Of a DNA stretch of 35,574 nucleotides, positions 1 through 6,548 are shown in pieces; within the stretch, counting starts at the first letter, position 1, and each line of letters opens with the position of its first letter. A program made the position numbers and the translations under genes. This DNA is from a virus (Duplodnaviria > Heunggongvirae > Uroviricota > Caudoviricetes), in the IMG/VR virus record IMGVR_UViG_2698536477_000007, one strand, 5' to 3'. Under the pieces are notes generated by a model. It was not told the DNA's origin, ran no database searches, and worked only from the letters and a program-made list of their open reading frames with translations.

Positions 1-993
1 CTAATCGATGGACAGTTTATGGACACTTTCAGCCAGCGGATTAAAGCTGATTGCATCCTGTAAAAAGTCCGGCGAAAAATGCGCATACGTCATCGTTTGT
101 TGAATCGTGGCATGGCCCAGGATTCGTTGTAGCGTAACGATATTTCCGCCATTCATCATGAAATGTGTAGCGAATGTATGACGCATGACATGGGTGGCCT
201 GCCCTTTCGGTAAGTCCGGCTTCACCTCCTGAAGGATCTCCCGAAATCTGAGGTAATCAGCCTGGTACAACAATCCGGTTCTGCGGGTTTTAATTAACGC
301 AAGTACCGCATCAGAAACGGGAACGGCGCGAGATTTTCCGTTCTTGGTGTTAAAGAACATCACGCGGTTACCTACAATATGTTCCCCACGTAAACCAGCT
401 GCTTCACCCCACCTTGCCCCCGTGGAAAGACACAGAATGGCAACACGCCGCGCATCTCCATCGAGTCGTTCAAGCAGTCGTTCAATCTCCTCATCTGAAA
501 GAAAAGCCATCTCTGTGTTCCTGACTTTCAGCTTACGTATTCCCCGAACCGGGTTTTCGTTATGGAACACCTCACCCTCAATCAGCGAGCTGAACATTGC
601 AGACAAGGCACACAAATCGCGGTTAATGCTGGAAGGCATTAACCCGGCCTGTAATTTGTCGGACCGGTACCCGAGCATAAATTTTCGCGTCATCTGACTG
701 GCACGAGGATCACCCATCTCACGGTTTATCTTTTCCAGTCTGACCCTGTAGGTATCCCCGTAATCTTGGTTACGACCATCAAGCAACCACCAGGCCTCTA
801 TCAGTTCGGATAACCGACGCTGATCTGCTGGCTTAGCCTGCCATGGCTTATCATGAAAATTCTGCAAAACATACTTTTCAAACTCCTGCGCCTTTGACTT
901 CAGGGTAAAAATCTTACGAATCCGCTTTCCTTCCGTCCCTTGTGGCCTTACATCAACCTTATAACGTCCGTCTTTGAGTTGCTTAATCGACAT
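1..993 (-). CDS. int: Tyrosine integrase, P2 Int-like
   Basis: Translation MSIKQLKDGRYKVDVRP...ILCLSTGARWGEA...HVMRHTFATHF...LGHATIQQTMTYAH aligns from recall to P2 Int along its length; GGAGGGG ribosome-binding site 8 nt upstream of ATG at 993 (the 1008 start in the ORF track is a longer in-frame alternative). Confidence 0.9.
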   Translation of the reverse strand: MSIKQLKDGRYKVDVRPQGTEGKRIRKIFTLKSKAQEFEKYVLQNFHDKPWQAKPADQRRLSELIEAWWLLDGRNQDYGDTYRVRLEKINREMGDPRASQMTRKFMLGYRSDKLQAGLMPSSINRDLCALSAMFSSLIEGEVFHNENPVRGIRKLKVRNTEMAFLSDEEIERLLERLDGDARRVAILCLSTGARWGEAAGLRGEHIVGNRVMFFNTKNGKSRAVPVSDAVLALIKTRRTGLLYQADYLRFREILQEVKPDLPKGQATHVMRHTFATHFMMNGGNIVTLQRILGHATIQQTMTYAHFSPDFLQDAISFNPLAESVHKLSID

Positions 994-1062
994 GATTAGC
1001 CCCTCCAACGGATAAATTAACCAAACACTCCCTGCGGGATGAAACCCGCTCGATGTGTAACG

Positions 1063-1404
1063 TCAGCCAGCATTGCGGCCTGATCGGGATGATTTTTGGG
1101 TAACGTCGATTGAAGCCTGATCGCCCTCCGACTGAGAAGATCCATCAAGAGAGAGAGCCGGGGCAATTTGCCCGGCGGCAGGTAGCGTCTTATCCTTTAA
1201 CAGCCAAAACATATACTTTTCAAATCGATCTGCCTGAAGAACCGACTCCACGATTTTAGCTCTGGCGCTCTTTTGCCCTGATTCATAATTCCTTACGGTG
1301 GCCAGAGATAACCCTGTAATTTCAGCAAATTGTTTTTGCGTTAAGCCCTCCGCCTTACGTATCTGGCGTAATTTTTCCGCGTAGTCTATTGACAAGATAA
1401 CCAT
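1063..1404 (-). CDS. C: Immunity repressor, P2 C-like helix-turn-helix protein
   Basis: 113 aa; N-terminal segment LTQKQFAEITGLSLATVRNYESG is a helix-turn-helix and ...GQIAPAL... recalls P2 C; sits between int and a divergent gene as in P2. Confidence 0.75.
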   Translation of the reverse strand: MVILSIDYAEKLRQIRKAEGLTQKQFAEITGLSLATVRNYESGQKSARAKIVESVLQADRFEKYMFWLLKDKTLPAAGQIAPALSLDGSSQSEGDQASIDVTQKSSRSGRNAG

Positions 1405-1448
1405 TTGAGTATTAACCTCTCGAAAAAGATAACCTTTCGGTTATCTTT
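1394..1448. promoter_or_regulatory. Candidate operator: three copies of AAGATAACC half-site, two forming a perfect 10-bp inverted repeat with 4-bp spacer
   Basis: AAGATAACC at 1394-1402 (overlapping the C start codon); AAAGATAACC at 1425-1434 and GGTTATCTTT at 1439-1448 seen directly in the C/cox-like intergenic region. Confidence 0.4.
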
Positions 1449-1507
1449 ACAAACCAAAACAAACCTTCATAAGGTGCAATAGGCGCACCTGTGCGAGAGG
1501 ATAACAA

Positions 1508-2032
1508 ATGCGGGACTTCATTGCCGATAAAGAGTTATCTGACACCGATCACACAACTGGAGCGGCGTACATCAACGCCGATACCAGTCAACAAGAAGCA
1601 ACAGATAACAACGACGAACAAAAGCCACAGCGCACATATAAAAAAGGGGCAACCCTGCGGCTGGATGGCCCAATAGCCGGGCTTTGCTCACTTGAAAAAG
1701 GGGCCGCCTACATCGGATTAACAAAAACAGCATTACGCGCAGCTCTCCAGCGTAACCAGATGCCAGGGCATAAAACCCGCTCAAACCCTGAAGATGAGAA
1801 TTCGGATGGTGTTTGGTGGTTTAACGTCAGAGAGTGGGACAAGCTGGCCGACGAACTCCCGGAATGCGAGCCACCAGAATGGCACAACTGGAAAAGCTAC
1901 TGGACATACGACCGCCAGAAAAGAAAGTTTACCCCGGCTGATAAGGAAGATTGCCAGACCGTCAATGGAAAACGGGTTTACAAAGGCAGAAAGTCAAAGC
2001 TGGAACAGAGCCAGGATGTAAACGAACGGTGA
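1508..2032 (+). CDS. Cox/Apl-position DNA-binding protein (putative excisionase or early regulator), 174 aa
   Basis: Divergent from C; GAGAGG ribosome-binding site; internal helix-turn-helix-like segment LTKTALRAALQRNQMPG; longer than P2 Cox so assignment is positional. Confidence 0.45.
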   Translation: MRDFIADKELSDTDHTTGAAYINADTSQQEATDNNDEQKPQRTYKKGATLRLDGPIAGLCSLEKGAAYIGLTKTALRAALQRNQMPGHKTRSNPEDENSDGVWWFNVREWDKLADELPECEPPEWHNWKSYWTYDRQKRKFTPADKEDCQTVNGKRVYKGRKSKLEQSQDVNER

Positions 2033-2038
2033 TGAACG

Positions 2039-2434
2039 ATGAGCGGCAAAAATAAATCAGAAAAAAACGCAACCGTCCTTAAGCAGTTAAGCCTCCTGAA
2101 AGAGGAACACAAGGACGCCACGATACTGATGCATCTGGAAGGCTCACCGAAAATAACAATCACAACAACCTATAGCGAGTTACACAAAGAGCTTGAAGGA
2201 TTAATTAACTTTTGTTCAAAGCTAAAAGCGAATGAAAACATTGATGACCTGATACTTAAACCAGAAGCAGAGTTCGGACACTTTTGCGAAAGTAGAGAAA
2301 ATGGATGCATCGGAATAATGCTATACGCAACCCGTGGAATAATGATTAATCTGCCCGTTGAGCAGGCTGTGGATATATTCGGAGAAATGGCACTTAATAA
2401 AACCACTATTTACAAAAGCAAAACGACGGAATAA
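2039..2434 (+). CDS. Hypothetical protein, 131 aa, in low-GC island
   Basis: ORF translationally coupled to upstream stop (2030-2032); markedly AT-rich codon composition versus flanking phage genes; no motif recognised. Confidence 0.6.
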   Translation: MSGKNKSEKNATVLKQLSLLKEEHKDATILMHLEGSPKITITTTYSELHKELEGLINFCSKLKANENIDDLILKPEAEFGHFCESRENGCIGIMLYATRGIMINLPVEQAVDIFGEMALNKTTIYKSKTTE

Positions 2435-2454
2435 CCCGGCACGAAGGAGGATAT

Positions 2455-2973
2455 ATGACGATTACACCAGAAGAAGAAGGTATGCATAAGAAATACAGCG
2501 AACACGGGAGTAAGGCTGGCGAAGTAATCGCCATTGATGAGGATTGCCTGATAACAGGAAACCCCTGGCTGGCAACAGAAAGGGATTTAGAAGGCAAAAC
2601 ATTTTTTGTCAGAGCAATAAAGCACAAAGATAGGGTTGTGGGTGGAATTATTTATTCAACCAGTACGATTATTCCTGATAATTATCTGGATATTTCTTTT
2701 AGACCTGTAAGCATTCAGGGGTGCGAGGCATACCTTAATTATGTTGCGGAGCTAAAGGAAATTAACATGGACTACATGTGGCCAATCGTACAACGCGAAA
2801 TAATGCGACGAAAATCAGAAGGCTTCAATGTGAAAATTGAGTTTTTATCGACGTTAATGGGATTTTTACAAAAACCATTGATTCTTTTCCCCTCCCTTGA
2901 CCGGAACCTGCCAGTCAAAGAAGGGGTGGAAAAATATATTGTTGAACAAGTCAGAGATCTGGTTTGTCTTTAG
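2455..2973 (+). CDS. Hypothetical protein, 172 aa, in low-GC island
   Basis: Strong AAGGAGG ribosome-binding site 7 nt upstream of ATG 2455; AT-rich; no motif recognised. Confidence 0.7.
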   Translation: MTITPEEEGMHKKYSEHGSKAGEVIAIDEDCLITGNPWLATERDLEGKTFFVRAIKHKDRVVGGIIYSTSTIIPDNYLDISFRPVSIQGCEAYLNYVAELKEINMDYMWPIVQREIMRRKSEGFNVKIEFLSTLMGFLQKPLILFPSLDRNLPVKEGVEKYIVEQVRDLVCL

Positions 2974-3273
2974 AGGCGCGAATAAAGCACGCAAGATGAT
3001 TAATACTATGAAAGCGTGTCCTTATATTCACGGCATAGGGAGCAAAGGCTTGTTGCCCCTCTATCTGACGCAAAATTTCTGACGCAGTTTTTATCAATGC
3101 ATCCCTTTTATCATCGGGAAGTTCGCTAATGAGGAGCGAAATAAGCAGATCGGACACCACTCCCACTGAGTCTCTTGGGTCGGTCAACTTATCAACAGGA
3201 GCCACAGCAAGATTAGTTGTGTAAATGCTAACCAGGTATTCAGTGATAGCGTCCTTAACGCTTTTATCAATCA
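2951..3273 (-). CDS. Hypothetical protein, about 107 aa, convergent with the 172-aa gene
   Basis: Minus-strand ORF; chosen start MIDKSVKDAITEYL at 3273 has an AAGGT ribosome-binding site; 3' end overlaps 2455..2973 by 23 nt. Confidence 0.45.
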
Positions 3274-3382
3274 TGTTAGTTACCTTTTTTCTGGTTGTGT
3301 GGAAACACCAGAATACCACGCGCCGGGCGTGGTTAAACATCCCGGCACTGATTTTCATTTAACTTAAACGGAGTTTTCCGAT

Positions 3383-3721
3383 ATGACACAGAGACGCAGC
3401 TTCCGCACTGGCACAGAACGCCACGCAGCCCGTTTCTCAACCAGCGCATCACGCAGCAACTCGCACTACAGCCTGCAGGAAACGCACGCCACACCTGACG
3501 GGCATCTGGTTAAACAAACCGGTAAACATACCTGGCTGATTAATGATGCCGGAATTGTCATTCACCGGGGCGCACGCAACCCGATTACCGGAAATACCTG
3601 TTACTCCCTGACTCGCGGAGATGAGCAGTTCGGGCAGGATTTCACCCTGCACGAAGCATTAAGAACGGCAGACCGGTTAATCAGCGGTCGCAGTTTTCAG
3701 CACCCGGAACATCGCCGCTGA
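3383..3721 (+). CDS. Hypothetical early protein, 112 aa
   Basis: ORF with ACGGAG ribosome-binding site; GC content returns to phage background. Confidence 0.55.
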   Translation: MTQRRSFRTGTERHAARFSTSASRSNSHYSLQETHATPDGHLVKQTGKHTWLINDAGIVIHRGARNPITGNTCYSLTRGDEQFGQDFTLHEALRTADRLISGRSFQHPEHRR

Positions 3722-3740
3722 TAAATAAAAGGATTCAGCC

Positions 3741-3983
3741 ATGATCGAAGCCTACAAAATACTTATTAATAATGCGTTGCAGCGTTATCACTTCGAACTC
3801 GCAAACCGGGGGGTAACCCGGGACGAAGGACTTCGTAACTCACTGCGGGGCGCAATTATGGGACTGTATAACTGCGCACTGGGCAGCGATGACCGCGAAG
3901 CACTGGAAGAATTAAAAGTTATTGTGGCCGAACTGTTTGAAGGTGAAATCGTTGAGCCTTATTTCACAGAGGTGGCAGCATGA
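3741..3983 (+). CDS. Hypothetical early protein, 80 aa
   Basis: ORF closely following previous stop; phage-typical composition. Confidence 0.55.
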   Translation: MIEAYKILINNALQRYHFELANRGVTRDEGLRNSLRGAIMGLYNCALGSDDREALEELKVIVAELFEGEIVEPYFTEVAA

Positions 3984-4105
3984 GCGTATTTCTTTCATGG
4001 GTGATTCTGATTATTTCCGTGCTTATGGCGATTGGCATTATGCGAATTATCGAAGCGCTGAAAAATATCGAATCTTTATTTACTGGCGAAGAGCGCCGTA
4101 AATAA
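3980..4105 (+). CDS. Small hydrophobic peptide, 41 aa (MSVFLSWVILIISVLMAIGIMRIIEALKNIESLFTGEERRK)
   Basis: ATG overlaps upstream stop (GCATGAG at 3978-3984); one predicted transmembrane helix then a charged tail; below the ORF-track size cutoff. Confidence 0.4.
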   Translation: MSVFLSWVILIISVLMAIGIMRIIEALKNIESLFTGEERRK

Positions 4106-4184
4106 ATAACCAACCGGACAGAAAACATTAAAACCATCCGCATCTGCGGAGGGCTTCACTCAATCCAGAAACGGAGAAACAGCT

Positions 4185-4463
4185 ATGAGCACCAATACAC
4201 CTACAGAAATAAACAAACTATTTACCGACCCGGCGCATATTGAATTGACGCAAAAAACGCTGACTGAAATAACCAATGTACTGGATGAAAGAATATCAGA
4301 AATAGATAAAGACAAGCATTTTGCCACCTACATGGCCCTGCAAATGCAAAGCATGGCAATGGTGACAGCAAAACAGACCATCAGTGAACTCTATATGAAA
4401 AACCTGCGCCTCGAGCGCGAACTGGCAGAACTCCGGGCACAGTCCGGCCAGTTTTCAGCGTGA
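4185..4463 (+). CDS. Hypothetical early protein, 92 aa
   Basis: ORF with GGAG ribosome-binding site. Confidence 0.55.
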   Translation: MSTNTPTEINKLFTDPAHIELTQKTLTEITNVLDERISEIDKDKHFATYMALQMQSMAMVTAKQTISELYMKNLRLERELAELRAQSGQFSA

Positions 4464-4474
4464 GGGGCAGAACG

Positions 4475-4726
4475 ATGAACAGCATATTTACCGCCACAAG
4501 ACGAACCCTGCTGACGCATTTCACCGATGCCGCGGGCCGCGAGTTCATGGTGGAAAGTTATTTAATCACAACGACCACGCCGTGCCCGTCAGATGCTGAT
4601 TATCTCTACATCCATCTGGCTGACGGCACACAAATCACCGCGATTGCCAGTACCGTTCGCGAAGTAACGGCCATCAGAGGGGCATGGAAATCAGAAACAC
4701 AAGCCCACGGAGAGCTGCGGCCATGA
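4475..4726 (+). CDS. Hypothetical early protein, about 83 aa
   Basis: ATG 4475 preceded by GAGGGG; in-frame part of ORF 4460..4726. Confidence 0.5.
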   Translation: MNSIFTATRRTLLTHFTDAAGREFMVESYLITTTTPCPSDADYLYIHLADGTQITAIASTVREVTAIRGAWKSETQAHGELRP

Positions 4727-4935
4727 TCAGCAAGTACACCACCAACGCACGTAAACCCGGTAAAGACGCACGCCACCACATCGCCGTACTCCGCAATCTG
4801 TTACTGGAGGAAATCGACGACTTCACGGCAACGCTGAGCGGTCCGGGCGCACCAGTAACACCGGGTGAGATCCACCGGGACCTTAAACGCCGTATTGAAA
4901 ACGCCATTGATTACATCCTGAACCCGACCGAATAA
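4723..4935 (+). CDS. Hypothetical early protein, 70 aa
   Basis: ATGA start/stop overlap at 4723-4726; in-frame with ORF 4684..4935. Confidence 0.5.
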   Translation: MISKYTTNARKPGKDARHHIAVLRNLLLEEIDDFTATLSGPGAPVTPGEIHRDLKRRIENAIDYILNPTE

Positions 4936-4961
4936 CCGGAACAGTAACGGAGGTTATCGCG

Positions 4962-5516
4962 ATGAGACTTACACCAATGGGAATACCGGGCAAAGCCCCG
5001 GCACATGTGAAGGCGTGGACACAGCAGGAAGATCGGTTACTCATCTCGCTTTATCAGGAACACAACACACATCAGATGGCTGAACGAATTCAGCGAACCC
5101 GTAAAGCAGTTATGCACCGGATTCGTTTTTTACGTAATCGTGGGCTGATTGGCCGCAAGAGAAAAGCACCACTGAGTACAGAAGCCATAGCCTTTCTTAT
5201 TAAAAACCGTCATGTAAAAACCGCACAGGAAATGGCTCTGGAAGTGGGATGCAGTGAGTGCACAGTGAGGTACACACTGCGTAAACGGGGTTACAACCTG
5301 AAAAAATGCGGTGAGAACCACCATTGCGCCAGATACAGCGATCATCTGGTTGAGCTGGTCACGGAGCTACGCGACATACACAACATGACGTTCTGCATGA
5401 TCGCTGAACACATCAACAGCACGATACAGATGCACATTAACGACGATGCGGCGTTTCATCTCTACCACCGCCGCACCGCAACTGACGCAGTGCTCTGTGA
5501 ACTGTTACCGGACTGA
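4962..5516 (+). CDS. Putative DNA-binding protein with two helix-turn-helix-like segments, 184 aa
   Basis: GGAGG ribosome-binding site; segments QMAERIQRTRKAVMHRIRFLRNRGL and AQEMALEVGCSECTVRYTLRKRGY look like helix-turn-helix units. Confidence 0.55.
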   Translation: MRLTPMGIPGKAPAHVKAWTQQEDRLLISLYQEHNTHQMAERIQRTRKAVMHRIRFLRNRGLIGRKRKAPLSTEAIAFLIKNRHVKTAQEMALEVGCSECTVRYTLRKRGYNLKKCGENHHCARYSDHLVELVTELRDIHNMTFCMIAEHINSTIQMHINDDAAFHLYHRRTATDAVLCELLPD

Positions 5517-5531
5517 GTGATCATCATGCAC

Positions 5532-5766
5532 ACACAAAAAAACCGCTTGCCAGCGTTCGCCTGGTCGGGTTACAGTTTTCCCGCACCTCATAAAACGGGT
5601 GCCGGGTTTCGCAGCCTGCTGACAACCAAAGCGCACAACCGCGCCAGCGGTTTTTTTGTGCGTACTGTATTGCCACGTTTTTTTCGCGTCAGAATTATGG
5701 CGGGGCGTACGGGGCCGACTTCGGTCGGGCCGGGTTCTTTGGTTGCCGGTACTGCGAACCCCGTAC
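5532..5766 (+). other. Structured GC-rich non-coding element (candidate RNA leader or terminator-promoter module)
   Basis: Perfect 15-bp inverted repeat CACAAAAAAACCGCT (5532-5546) / AGCGGTTTTTTTGTG (5645-5659); hairpin plus T7 run at 5636-5656; 9-bp perfect stem CGTACGGGG (5705-5713) / CCCCGTACG (5758-5766) enclosing a cUUCGg tetraloop hairpin (5714-5727); ORFs overlap in all frames here. Confidence 0.35.
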
Positions 5767-5836
5767 GTCTCGCCACCCACAGTTTCGCAGCTCTGGATGG
5801 TGAGTTTTCAAAACTTACAACCAAAGAGGCCACACC

Positions 5837-6064
5837 ATGGCAAACCGCAAGCAACAGCGCGCCCGCGCTGAGCGTCTTCACATCCGCACCGAAATCAACC
5901 GCAGACTCTGGCGCGCATCACGCGTCGCGCAAATCATGCATATCAACATGCTGCATGAGCGCACGCACGCGCTATCAAACCGTTACTGCGCTGCTGTCTT
6001 CAGCTATCTCGCCGAAGATATGGCAGAACTGCAAAGCCTCATCAACCAGCAACACCACCACTAA
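5837..6064 (+). CDS. Hypothetical small basic protein, 75 aa
   Basis: AAAGAGG ribosome-binding site 8 nt upstream. Confidence 0.5.
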   Translation: MANRKQQRARAERLHIRTEINRRLWRASRVAQIMHINMLHERTHALSNRYCAAVFSYLAEDMAELQSLINQQHHH

Positions 6065-6131
6065 ACAACATCCTGAAGCCATCCCGCCCCGTGCGCGGGA
6101 GGCTTCCGCACGTCTGTTACCGGAGGTTCTC

Positions 6132-6548
6132 ATGAAGAGCGTTAAGGGACTTTCAGATATTCAGGACTTTTTTAACTGGATGTGGGCAGTGGATCCCCGG
6201 CTGGCTTCCCGCCTGAACGACTGGCACGACTATTACCGCCGCGCCTGTAAACGGGCCGCCAGACGCGTCACCACATACGGGGATTTCTCCTTCACCGTTG
6301 ACGACCGTTACCGCGTGGACGTGAAAGGTGATGGTGATGGTTTTGGTTTATTTCACATCAACGGAACCGACAGCACCGCCATCAGCTGGTCGTCGTCAGA
6401 GATGACGCTTGTTCTGGAAATGACAAACCACAGCGTGGCCGTGAAAGGTATATACACCGCAGAAGACTTTATCGGTGAATACCAGCGCCTTCTCGTGCTG
6501 TACCGGGCAGCGTTTCAGGCGGCAACTGCCGGGGAGTGCGACGCATGA
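6132..6548 (+). CDS. Hypothetical protein, 139 aa, immediately upstream of A
   Basis: GGAGG ribosome-binding site 7 nt upstream of ATG 6132; stop overlaps A start (ATGA at 6545-6548); the 5' part of the 343-aa track ORF is judged non-coding. Confidence 0.6.
   Translation: MKSVKGLSDIQDFFNWMWAVDPRLASRLNDWHDYYRRACKRAARRVTTYGDFSFTVDDRYRVDVKGDGDGFGLFHINGTDSTAISWSSSEMTLVLEMTNHSVAVKGIYTAEDFIGEYQRLLVLYRAAFQAATAGECDA

Noticed and set aside
5532-5766. Retron-like msr/msd element suggested by flanking inverted repeats
   Set aside because: No reverse-transcriptase ORF (no YxDD-containing protein) is present downstream or nearby.
5517-6548. 343-aa ORF as a single gene
   Set aside because: The first ~600 nt overlap ORFs in all other frames, are Arg/Ser/Thr-rich low-complexity and contain strong hairpins; only the 3' portion from ATG 6132 (GGAGG ribosome-binding site) looks like a real gene.
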